A stretch of DNA of 63,968 nt, filler included, from Choristocarpus tenellus KU-1152 (lineage: Eukaryota; Protista; Phaeophyceae): the NCBI GenBank assembly GCA_964200185.2. It is 7 parts of 7 records of this genome, joined end to end, with 100 filler letters (N's around TTAATTAATTAA, not from the genome) between each part and the next. Parts side by side here need not be neighbours in the genome. Positions count along the whole stretch, not along the records: positions 1 to 20,979 come from CAXNAD020000366.1; positions 21,080 to 34,348 come from CAXNAD020001542.1; 5 more parts are not named here. One strand, given 5' to 3'. Positions 12,442 to 25,200 of the stretch are shown piece after piece. The position numbers and the translations under genes are program-made. The notes beneath the pieces were generated by a model. It was not told the origin of the DNA and did not search any database. It was given only the letters and a program-made list of their open reading frames with translations. The first letter of the stretch is position 1. Each line of letters opens with the position of its first letter.

Positions 12442-15073
12442 ACAAAGTTTAACCCTACACCCTACAAATCGTCAGGGAGAGTACCTCCTAGTCTGACAAC
12501 TTAAAAACGCCACGGTGAAAGGTATAACGTACTCCATCGATCGAGAACATAACAGATTTTAACTCCCAACCATACAAAACAAGTGACAATCCTGTATTGA
12601 ATTCATAAAAACTCACCCTTTCGATTTTCTAATATTTCGCTTGGAATAACGAATACAGACTACAAAATAGAAACACATACTACCACAACAGGCAGCCTGA
12701 AGGGAGTAAGAGCGGTACGATGATAGCTTTAAATATTCGCTGCCATACGTCCAGGTGTAGGTGGTACGATACATAGTAATGCCTTGCACCTAAGTGAACT
12801 GTCCATCATACCCAACCATATCACTGCTGGAGTCTGTCATCAAGGAAGCAGATCGCTATCGTCATTACTGATCCTTATCGAACAAATGGTGCTTGTCCTG
12901 GGTAATGTTTGGCGGACGGCAAACCCATATCCTTGTAAGAAGACATTCACTGGCTTGTGAGTATATTGGCATGGTGTGTACACTAATGAAGACTACTACC
13001 TCCTTGTAGAGCTACCACATCCTTGTAGACCTCTACATAAAATATTTTCAGCCCTGATCAATTCTTTTATCACGTAACACTACCCCCATTTGTATTTGTA
13101 TTCTTGTAATGAAAACGTAGAGAAAGGCAAACAACGTGGAAATAAGATGGGATTCCTACACACCACCCTACTTAATATGATCATAGAACTCTTTCGCACT
13201 TTTTTTTGCTATGGACAGGTCTGCTATTAGAACGTATATATTATTTATGCTCTCTAACAGTTTGCAGATGTGTCAGGGGAAAAACCAATGAAAAGTCAAT
13301 CAAATATCATAGCGACTCCTGAAAAAGTAAAAGTTGTCGAAAATGTTAAAGACACCTTATTATCATATATTGTTTTCTATTTTACTACCAGCTATGCTAC
13401 ACCACTCCCCTGCTATGCCTCCAACCTAGCTTCGCCCTACACCACAGGGCGAGGAGCTAGGGAAGCATACCAATAATCTGACAGGTTCCTCCTTGCCCAT
13501 CTCCCTGGTGGTTCTGTTGAATCTATTGCTCTTTTAACGAGAAAAACATGTGGTAGAAAATAGCAAATCTGAAAAGGACAGGTAAGAAAGTTCTATATTT
13601 GCGTATTTCTTTTTATCATTTCTTTATGTCTCTACTATTTTTTTCCAACCATTTTTTATGGTTTCATTTCTTTTTACAGCCAGCGATCTTGGCCACATGC
13701 TTGCACTGCATGCATGCACACTCAAGTGCTCTGGTGGTAGAGCATCTTGAGAGAGACAAGAGGGACAAAATAGGCATCTTGCAGACACAGACAGATCATA
13801 CTTTCATACACACGTCAATGTAAACCAAACCATGCATCGATTTATATTATCCCCCCAACCCTCAACCTCATCTGCTCCAACCTCTCTCAGTCTGGTTGAA
13901 CATCACGCTGCTAATGGTGGTCATTTGTGGCATCACACTCCTTTCAATCAAAGGGGTTCACGATAAAGTATAGGAAGTGGGGTATCGTGAGGCTCCTTAC
14001 GACTCTCCTCACAACTCTGCCAACCCAAGCTAAGGATGTCAACCACTGTCTCTAGTTTTCTTCATGGAGTTGATAATAGAGGAACCATTCAACAATGACC
14101 TGAACATCCTGTGCTCTGGCTATGTCTTTGTGATGACTAGTACAATATCGGAATTGTTCGTAACATGATATGTCTCACTGCTTATGAAGTGCAAATTGTG
14201 TAGCCCTATTGGGTGAGCGTGATGTGTAGGCCGTTCCATTGGTCTGTAAATTGTGTTATCTTTCTCAAACGTGGTCCTCACATACGCGCCACCTCTCGAT
14301 CTCTCACGATTCTTGATTTTTCATTCTTGGGTAGGCGTTTTACCAAATTTGATTAGAGTGGTGTTGTTATTGTGTGTGCCACTTCATAGATTATTTTGTA
14401 TACTTACTCAAGGTGCCCATTGCAGTCCTGATAAACTGCAGAAAAAGGAATGAGTGTACTCCAATGATCTTGGGATATCTTTCGCCGAAGAAGTAGGGCT
14501 TCCCGGTATAACAAGTACTCTTCCCAAACCATGTGATTTGATTTTTGCTGCCTGGTATGCTCTTCTCTGCTGTCATAGGGTGTCTACTCCAGGAATATAT
14601 GGGAGGAGTTTTGGTGGGGAGGTTGATTAGAGATGGATGTAGTAGATTCATGCTCTCATATGTTAGGGTTTGATTGTTGGCACCGGTTGCGACACTGTGT
14701 CCCACCCAACACATCAGTTATATATCTTTTTGAAAGTGCATGTGTTGTGGAGGACACAGTCATCTCACGAATAGACTACCCAGCAATTGGGAAGGAGTCA
14801 TTCTTGAGGTAGATCAGGGCTCGAGGGTACATCAGAAGCACTACCTATCATCAACAGAATGCATACACTATCATTGTCAACTTCTACCAGTTTGAGCTTG
14901 ATTATCAATTTGTACTATTAATACTTTGTACCTACAGTTGATCGAAATGTTTCTAAGCAAATCAGATCTCAACCGTTAGTTCTTTAGGTTGAAAACACTA
15001 CCCTGGAGCCAAAGTGAACGAGTGTTTCCAAGGTTTTGGTCATTTTGCATTAAACGTACATTCTTCAATCTTC

Positions 15074-15333
15074 GAGTAAAGGTATCTTAGAGGGTACGAC
15101 CGCGTCCAAATGGGGGTCAAAATCCAACGTTGCGATTTTGATGTAATTTTGGCTATTGTGTTTGTTAGGAAGTGCCAATATCCTTGCTCCTGATACACCT
15201 TTTCATAACGTATACATTATAACCTATTCCAAAACATTATGGAGTAGGAAAATATAATAAAGAAACCCGTGAGTAGTCAAGCCCCAAACGGACAAACAGG
15301 GCAAAACTCGTACCCTCCAAGATACTTTCACTC
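15074..15333. mobile_element. MITE subfamily A
   Basis: Same TIRs and internal sequence as 2693-2925; TSD not conserved (cttc/tttg). Confidence 0.85.
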
Positions 15334-15599
15334 TTTGCAATTCAACTTTCAACTCCTTAATGCAATCAACCTGTGTACTTTCTACAACAAAAGGCTGTGG
15401 ATGATTGCTATATTGATCAACAACTCGACATCATCAGCAACACATGCTAATATCAATACTACACCTACCGAACAATTCGACAATTCAACATCCTCACACG
15501 AAAAAACTGTCTAACCACAATTTCAACGTGCTTCCAACCAAATATTCGACCTTGAAAAAGAAATGAAGTCAAGTCAAGAGTCAAGCTAACCGAGAGGTA

Positions 15600-15820
15600 G
15601 GCAGGGTTGGATAATTGGGGTCTCGAGAAAGGGCGAGAAGATGTCATTTTGTACAATTGCAGAAGGAGCCTTTGCTGAATTGTGGTGTCGATTATCGAGT
15701 TTGTGTACACTATTGTATACCTAAGGTAATGGAATAGAATGTATTGCACAGGATAAGAAATGTGACCTAGAAAGTAAAAAGGTCCAAACCTGCCTACCTC
15801 TCAATTGATTGGGCTCTCAA
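15600..15820. repeat. dispersed repeat, inverted homolog of 50170-50690
   Basis: Reverse complement gives gagaggtaggcaggtttggacc..ctaggtcac..tgtgcaata..gacaccacaatt..tgtacaaaatgacatc..gccctttctcg..accctgcc, collinear with 50170-50690. Confidence 0.7.
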
Positions 15821-18800
15821 CCACTTCATAATACAGTCACGGGGCAGCAAAGTTCTGTTCAACAGTCAATAATTGTAGAACTCGCCGTGTTGATCAATAT
15901 CTCGTTCAAAACCACCAAAATGACACCGTTCGTTCTCAACTTCAATGTTGCTCACTCCCTCACACCGTACCCATTTTCTCCAGCTTCCATAACTAAGGGA
16001 GTATTCATATTGATGTTCTCTATTTCCTGTATGGTCTGACTAAGGTATAATATATAATACGAGGGGATTGAAGCAACAACGTAGAAATAGTGAGGCGTTC
16101 TGTTAGTCTCCGATTTTATGCTAATAAACGAAGTACTGCAGGTGTTACTTGGTCACCCCCAAGGAAATGAAGAGTGCATATACGTATGTGTGTATGAAAC
16201 CTTTGTTTGTAGTTGTTTTGCATTTAAATTTACGAATGGGGTAGGGAGAGCTCTCTACCCACTTGAGTACATTGATTCTTTGTGGGATCAATACGTATGT
16301 ACGTACCATGTGTATATTTAGTGAGAGATTGTCTGAGAGTATAATAAGCACATCCACAAAATCAAACAGCGCTTATGTCCACCCCCCGAAAGGTATTTCA
16401 TTGCAAATCAAAATATGCTTCACTCTGCTTCACAACAACAACATACAAGGGTGTGTAATAGCATAAGCTGCCCTATACGTTACAAGATTCGTTCGACTGG
16501 TTCCTATTGCTATTATCAAATTAAGTTGAGGTTGGCATGTGTTTTTTACATGCCTTTTCAACAAGATATATGCTGTCTAGGTTGAGACATAGACAGAATT
16601 GCAATTATCGAAACATACTTCTCTTCTGTATGGATGCAGATTTCTTACTGCTGCTATTTAGTATTATGTTGTTCATGAGATCCGGGTTGATTGTGTCGTT
16701 GTTGATATTTACTACGGAAACGTGTAGCAATAGATAGAAATTGTCTTCTACAAAAGAGGTGCAGAAAACTTGTTCCATTTCTTGCGAACACGTGGAAGGA
16801 AGGTTTCTAACCAGAAGAAAATCGAAAGGGGGGCCAGAGTGAGTTACGAGCATTTTATCGTCGTTGTTTTGGAACAGTAGAAGGACGGATGTTCATTGTG
16901 TTGATGGCGCAAGTGGTTAGAGTTAGCAGAGTATATACATACTTCTATATATATACTTGAGTAGACAACAAGGAGGAATATGAGGAAGCAGACGATCATA
17001 ATAGTAGCACAGAGGTGTCCTGAAGCGCGGTCGTAGTAGTTTAAGAACGTCCTATCTCGTCTTTCGGTCTCATTTGTGAACAAGTCTCGACTCGTGTGGG
17101 ATATAGGCACTTGATCGATTGGTTCTTGACAAATCAAATTGAAGTACTGTTTCGTTGTGTGTTCATAGAGCTCTAGAGCTGAGAAGACAAAATGGAGTAA
17201 ATCCCCCCCCATCTTTAGGATATCTTTCGCCCCTTTCATTTCAGGTAGGTCAGGGAGATAGAAAAACAATAGAAATTATTACGTGGTTGATATTATCATT
17301 CAACTGTACTATCAACAAGGAAGTCCCAATCAGCCCATTTACATCGTCACATTGGGACCACCACACTTTACTGGTCTGTGGACACGACCTCCATGGAATT
17401 TGTGACACCGTGGATCTGGATTTGAAGTACGAGATGAAGATGCTATGCTTTAGTTATAACACTCCTGAGGAGAAGGGTGACAAGGGCACCAGTCATGATG
17501 AGTCTGTTGTTGTGTCAAGGATTTCTCTTCCTCCAACTGGAAATAGCCTTGATGTCGACAAGTTACAGCCGTCCAACAGGTAAGCTTTGCAGGAAAGTGT
17601 CACCAACATGGTTGAGAGTAGTGCATTATCTAGCATGGCAAATCTCAAGGGAAAGCGTAAGGACAAGATATCGTATGTTGTTGCCGATAAATGGAGACAG
17701 CAATCTTTGGCACAGGGAGGTGAAGTGATAGATTGCCAGATGCGCACAACATGAAACATGACAGTGTAGCTGACTGATATAGTGTTGGTAAACAATGAGC
17801 ACAATGAGTTCACGAGCTACTTTGAAGTACAATAGAGGAAGTGAGAAAGAGCTTCAGAAGCAGCTTATTGCTCGAGGAAAGAGCAATGAGAATGCAGCTA
17901 GGAAACCAAGGTATCAAGAGTTGAGCTTCTATACCTGCTTTAAATGTGTTGTGGTTCTACTGTCTGCATTACTACATTTTGAGATATTTGTGCCATGCAA
18001 TTGCCGTCCAACTGTGACTATATCCTATGCTCAGATCTACATAACAACGTGCGACAAACCAGTCACTGATCTCTTTTGAGTTCTTCTTGCTGGGGGAGTC
18101 ACAATATCTTAGGGAAGGGTGTCATCAAATATTTCAGGTCTCTATGAAGGCCCTCAAGTATAATTGCTTCTTCTAGCACTCTGGGGGGCAATTTTGGCGA
18201 TGGTGTGGGCGATCGCTCGTCTCTTCTTCTTCAGTCAGCCACAGCTTCCTAAGGGGGGTTACATAGATTTCAGGCATGGGGAACGAGGGTGTCAAACGGA
18301 AGATTGAAAAAGTCCTCCATACTCAAAAGGACCCTAACACAAGAGACCCCCCTCAAAGACAGGGCGACTTTGGATCTGGTGGGTAGAGATGTGGTCATGG
18401 GATTTGTAGAGAAGGTCAGGAGAGCCAGTCTGATGATGACTCTAGACACATCCTATCACATACAACTAACTACACACACAAAACATTGCAGGGAGAGACA
18501 CAATGTCATACCTGTGTTGAGCACATGATCACAACCCATCAACATGTGGATAACACTTGTTTCGAAAACCACTGCTTTCTTGAGTGGTTACAAGCCATTA
18601 ATATTAAAGAAGTGCAACTTTTGGCATGTCAGGACCCAAATGGGGACATTTTTGTTTGAACTTTACCTAGGGTAAGATTCATGTCCTCTCTTTTTCATCA
18701 TATTGAGTCTATGTCATTGACGAAGGCATGGCTAATGGTTACGAACAAGCATGCCTTAAAAGGGACTACCCACTGTACCTAGTGAAAGAGTCAACTCTCT

Positions 18801-20979
18801 TTCCACCACTTCTACTACCATACACTATAGTTCTTTCCCCTATACAACGATAACATTCTAAACTGTCACTGAGTACATAAACAGTACCAGCTACATACAG
18901 TAGTAGGTCTACCTAAAAAGGTCTATCCTACTATAGTTGTCCTACAATCAATACAAAAAATCTTACTACCTCTAAGTACTATTAGTACCAATATGTAGGA
19001 TACCTTAAATTGGTGTCGACATTAGACCAACACTCAGCAACCTCATCACTGACTGCTCGGAACTAGTTTGAAGTATACAAAATCCAACCAAAAAGGGAGT
19101 AATACATCCCCAAAAAGTCGTTACTCCTCTTACGTTCAACACCACTACTATGCCCAAACATTACTTCTTCTGGTGATTGTCAATGCACCCTGTGATATCT
19201 CATCCTAAAAAGCAACAAGCAACCTATACTGCCCTTCCCATTCACAGAAGATGGTCGTACCTCTCGTAAGTTCTGATTTGTGTATCCCTCAGAAATTCCA
19301 AACGCTACACTTCATTGCTGCGCACGACAGCGCTGGTCGAGACTGAGAGACGAGTTCAACCGATGCATACATATGGGTGAGGGAGTCAGTGATGTATGTC
19401 GTTGCCCCAATTATTATTGTACCTGAGTATCATATTAACGCGCAAAGAAATATAATCAAGAATGCTTCTCATTTCGGAGCCCTTCACTTGTGTGTCATAT
19501 CCTCACTCAAAGCTTGAAAGGCCACACAGCAGTAGGTGGGCGATGGCCTCTGAGCACCCTTACCACTACAGTCACCACCCTGCCAGAACTACCCCCACCC
19601 TGTGCCACCGTACAGCTTACCCCACTTACCATCCTTTGTCTCCAATTGTCCTCGTACGCAATAGGTTGCGCACGACTTGGCCATAACACCTCGATGTCCT
19701 TGACTTGGAAAGGGTGTCAACCACATGACGACTCGCGTCTGAGAAACGGGTACCCCATGCTTCGGCATGATGGTTCACGGTGCTCTCATGCTCGTTCATC
19801 TGATAGTATGGGCGGCATCCATTCAAACAGCTTCAGGGAAGAAAGGAAGCTGGAGAACACAGTATCGGCAGGCCAGGTTTCGACTGTCGCATATGCAGGG
19901 GTCTCAGGAAGCAGGATTGACGCGGTTGTATGACCGAGGGAGGTCTCGGTTTTGGTAAGTAACCAGCCCCGACGAAATACGCATTGTCACACTTTGGAGA
20001 ACACCTCCTGGACTTCCTTCCATAACATTGTGGCATCGTCTTCCAAACATCAGATGCCTTCCCAGGTGGTGAAGCCGTTACGTAATTTTTTTTGAGCCTC
20101 AACCTGCTCACAAAGAGCAACAAGGGTACGCCTCAGGGGCAAGTACATACGAATTGGACCAAGCTGCACTCATCGCACTCAGCTGACAGTCGGAAGTGTA
20201 TGATATTGCTTGCTGCTGTGGATCCACCAGCAGGTGAAGAATTTGTTGTCGATTGGCCTTCAACGAAGAGAGTGTCATCATGACGAGTAATTGGACCGAG
20301 TACGTTCGGCAATTTTGCCTTTACCGCTACCTTCTAAGGGGATAGAAGTGTGATTCGAGTTATTGTTGTGACCTATTGTCGATATTCATACTGAGGAAAG
20401 AGAAACTTTACTGTGGGGGACTTATGAGCGACTGTGTTGAGGTTCACCTTGTTGCACCCTTCCGTAACCCCCAAGATACCGCTAATGATGATCGACTGCC
20501 CTTCGACCGGTCACCTACAGCACTGTTAGTCATTACTCAACCGTCACGGATAATAAGGATGGCTTGAAATCGTATTCCTAGGCATTTCATTCACCCGTTG
20601 GTAAAATTTTATTCGATACCGAAGATTTTTATCTCCAGGGACAGGATGTGATACTTGCCTCGCCCAAAACTTGCCGTCCTTGTGTCGCTGCCTTGAAATC
20701 CTAAACAGTCAACGGCATTTACCATCTCTAACGACCGAACGTTGAACCCCGGTGTTAAAAGGGACTGCATGAGCTGTGGGAGTTGTCTCAGTCGAACGAA
20801 GTAGTCAAACATTGTACCGTCATTTGTGGGTGTGGGGAGTTGGTTGCAGGAACAGTGATTTGGGACTACTACAAGCAGATGTACTTACATGAGGATGTGA
20901 AAACAGTTGGAGCCTGTCTCCATGCCAAACTCGGAAATGGGGGGGGGGGGGTATTAAGATTTGTGAGATTTGGGTAGGA

Positions 20980-21079
20980 NNNNNNNNNNNNNNNNNNNNN
21001 NNNNNNNNNNNNNNNNNNNNNNNTTAATTAATTAANNNNNNNNNNNNNNNNNNNNNNNNNNNNNNNNNNNNNNNNNNNN
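20980..21079. other. artificial contig linker N44-TTAATTAATTAA-N44
   Basis: Identical 100-bp spacer with stops in all six frames. Confidence 0.97.
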
Positions 21080-22278
21080 GGACTTAAGATAAGTAAAGAA
21101 GTGATTCATAGTAAATTAGTGTGGACGATCACAAACCCCACACTGTAGAATAATAATATGGTAGTCAAGGCTAGAGTCTCACCCACACGTTCAGTCATTG
21201 GAGTAGAGACCACAAAGGCCCTTGTAATATTAACCTTGTTCATCTATACTAAGCTGTTCTTTGTCCTTCTCTACAGACACCAAGCAATCTCGCCAGGTTT
21301 ATCACCTTTATGCTCTTTGATGATTTTGGGGATACTTTTAACATGTAGAACCAGCAAGATCCTTCCTATACAGCATATATATCTGCAGATTTGTTTGCAA
21401 GCATCGCATACACGTGCCCGTATAATAGAAGGTTAACCTGAAAACACACTAGTCTGTAGCTGGAAAGTAGAAGGCTAATCTCGAGACTACACGCTTCTTG
21501 GGGAGTCACGACTCTTGTTATCATACCCCACCCCTCCCTCCCTCTACCCTTGACCGAGAACCGTTGGAGGATATCTCCATATTTCCATGCGGCCTCCCTG
21601 CATCCACGAATGCCCAAGGGTGAAGACATGTCGCTTTTCACAACTATCAGTCTCTGGACATTTGCCTCTAAGTGGGCGCTTAGGTGCTACTCCTTCACCA
21701 GTAGTAACTATATGCTGATCTTACCAATCCCGTTGGTACAATATAGCCTAGTGAAGGAAAAAACGAGGTATTGGACTCTTGGGCCCCCTGGTATGATCTC
21801 ATCTGCTGCTCCCGGATTCCCATTGCAGTGCACCTTCCAGGCCTGCACCATCATCAAGGAGAATACAAGTCTATTTTGTTCTAAAATCATTTGCCTCCAA
21901 TGGTCATAGGGACTACCCCTTCAGCTTTCGGTAATTCACTTGATCAATACCAAGTCATATCACGGCTCCTTTCATACCGTCCCCCACCACGTCTGGCTCG
22001 GTCAAGGTAATAGGAACTACTTTGAAGTATTTGACTCTCTCGCTGTTCGACTCTTATTCGAACAAACACCAATCCCACATTCTAAAAATCCGATCAACCG
22101 TTATAAAGTATCTCCACCAATCAGAACGTTGCTGCACGGATTCTGCCTCGCCCGCACGCAGTAGATCGCGCTCCCACATTTCTATTTCAAAATCACAATC
22201 CAACATCCCAATATCCCACACACAGTGTTAGTGTTAGTAGAATCAAGTATCAGCGAGTTGTCCATCCGCAAATTTGAG

Positions 22279-25200
22279 ATGAAGCCACCATATTCGCCGA
22301 TGTTTGGACCTCGCCTCCTACTTCTTCTGGTGGTGTTCCGCGTGCTAAATGCACTGGTTGTGCGTACGTACTTCACACCTGATGAATTCTGGCAAGGGCC
22401 AGAGGTTGCCCATTTTCTTGCCTTCAGTCGTGGACACTTGTAGGTTCCCACAGGCGTATCTTGTTTGATAGTCCTTTGGATAATGCTTTGGTGATGAAAC
22501 AAAGTCTTTATCTGCAGCTGTTCATGAATACAGAGGATTTGGACTCTTTCGCGTTGCTTCAGGATTTCGTACAGGAAGTGTATAGGTCGAAGTGTATAGG
22601 TCAAGCTTTATTATCATTCTAGGAAAAGTCAATCAAGGACCGTATCTGTAAACCCGGTACAACTTCCTTGTCATGCTGAGTGTTGGGTGACCAATCCATC
22701 TTCCCTTCAGCTAGGCAGTAGAATTAGAGTCTATTTCAATATCGGAGTTCCAATTTAACACCTGCATCCAGGTCATTCCGTTTAGACACTACGAGATGGA
22801 GTCCACCATCTGCTTGTAGTCTCTATCCCTCTCCGACTGGTGTCCTGATGGATTGGGCCAGTTTATATTGTATATCCTAAGTCACCTTCAACTAGGACCT
22901 CACCTGAACGTCTGTTCACCTTGTTTTCCCACCTCACCTCCTCCCCTCACCTGGCCTGGCGCCGACCCCATCGCGTCCTGGCCAACTTGTTTTCAGGACA
23001 TGGGAATGGTTGCCGGGTGCCAGGATTCGTGGTTTTATGCATCCACTAATATTTGCTGGACTGTTCAAGGTCCTTGCAATACTGGTAAGTGAACCCTGCA
23101 GCTTACTTGGTGGCTGATGGACTTTCCTTTTTGTAAATCAATGTCCATTGGTTTGGCTACGGTGATCGACTCCTCCAGGCTTTATAGCTTGGGGTAATGA
23201 CTTGCTGTGGATGATCAATACTTTAAAATTATTCTGGGCATCCTTGGTTTGATGTTGTGAATGTTCAGTGATTTTTGTGTACAGAATCGAGATACCAGTC
23301 ACATGTTGTTCCAGTTGGTCCCTCTTTAGTCCTCTTGCCCTCACCATGGAAGTTATAAAGATGTTCAAGAAGAGTTCAAATTCACGGTTAGGGCAAGGTA
23401 GCCAGAAGAATGAGTGAGAAGTATAAGTGTGTGGTGGACTCATGATTCTATTTCTGTTCAGAAGATATGATACCCCAAAAGTATCTTATCTGGTGAGAGT
23501 TGGATCACCTGCAAGTAAGCAGGTTCAAGCTGCCATCACAACAATCCCAAAGGCTATGCACAGTACTCATTTAGGAAAGCAGTTCAAAACAATCCAGTTC
23601 AAAACTTGACAGTCTCTCTTTAGTGCATTTCCTCACAGAACTGATGTTGCAATCCATCCTACTTGCCCAGGGCCTGGACACCACTTGGGCAGTGGCTCAT
23701 TCGCCAAAACTCTTTCAGGGGGTCCTGGCAGGGGTATGTGACTACTTCACCTTTGGTCTCACCCTCTGTGTATTTGGTCAGCAGGCAGCAGGCTGGGCCC
23801 TCCTTTTCCAGACGCTTTCATGGTTCAATTTCTATTGCCTTGTTCGGCCCTATTCTAATAGTGCCGAGGCTTGCCTCGCAGTGACTGCACTGTACTTTTG
23901 GGCCCCGTTTTTGCTGTGCCCTAACAACAACAGAGTTGGGAAGGAAGGGGAAGGGAAGCAGGTGCAAGGGGGGGGTGGACGCTCAGATGCAGGAGGAATT
24001 GTTAGTTTCCACAACCCTCCAGGGGAAGGAGTGGCGCTGCTCTTGGCTGCACTTTGTGTGGCTATTCGACCCACCAGCGCTGCACAATGGGTGAGAACTG
24101 CTGGAAAAAAAATGGAGTTGGGATTGATGAGATTTGAAAGGAATGGAGTGCTCATGGGTGCAATGGTGTTTCGTTTTGATTGTGTGAGTTGTGTACTGGC
24201 TGAGTTTGAGATGCGAATAGGATAGCGCAGGCCTGGAGGTCTTAGGTGAGAGTGGTAGTGGCCTGCAAATCGACTTGAGGATTCTCACGATATAGCTGCA
24301 TGTCACTGTTTGCAACCTTTTGTACTGACCCCTTTGCTGTCACTGTGTGTGTGTGTGTGTTTGTTGCACCTCTTGAGCGTGTTTTTGGAGTAGTGTCTGT
24401 GTATGCACCATCGCCTACTAAACAGGTGTTGCTGCTTTCATATTTTCTGCTGGTGCTGAGGTGCCCTGATGAAGAGCACATAAGCTATACGCATGTTTGT
24501 CTTGTGCCTATCGGGGGAGTTCTTTTTGAGCGGAATGAAGTCTTTTCTTGATGATCTGCGCAGTACAAGTACTAGTAGCGTGTGCTTCATTTTATTTTTT
24601 TTTGAGAGTGGCTCGGCCTGTTCACAAGAATCAAAAGAAAAATAAGCAAAGAGACGCACATCCACTGTGTGATATGATTTTTTTTTCTTCTTTATTTGAT
24701 AGCAGAACAGAGTTTTGACTCCAGGTACTTTTTGTAGTTCTGTGCCTGTCAAGAGGCTAGTCATACACCACACCCGGTGGCAACGCATTGTCAATGCGTT
24801 GATTGAGAAAAGTTAGGAGCTCACAAGTATGATACCAAACCCATTCCCCTTCCTCTTTCCCCTACCACCTGAAGGCGGTAGCGGGCCTGTTTCGACTCTC
24901 TGATGTTTCTATTTCTCGCTGGCCAGGCTACCTCACTTGCACAGCATTGCCTCCTGTAGTGGCTGTTGTTGGAGTATCAGTGTTAGTTGATAGTTGGTTC
25001 TACGGGGCATGGACCCTAGTACCGGAACGATTTCTACGCTTCAATGTGATTGAGGGCGGTAGTAGGGTGTTTGGTGAGCAGGCTTGGCACTGGAACTTCA
25101 CCCAGGGGCTCCCTGCAGTCCTGGGCGTGGGCTTGCCCCCTGCACTATGGGGTGCACGAAGGAGCTTGAGTGGTATCGGGAATAGGAGGGGGAAACGGAT

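Noticed and set aside
15269-15514. Recurring peptide SQAPNGQTGQNSYP in several ORFs (also 34028, 35707, 50451)
   Set aside because: Chance translation of the MITE end, not a protein family.
19500-19700. VVRVLRGHRPP as a DIRS tyrosine-recombinase remnant
   Set aside because: Too short, with no supporting RHRY catalytic or RT motifs nearby.
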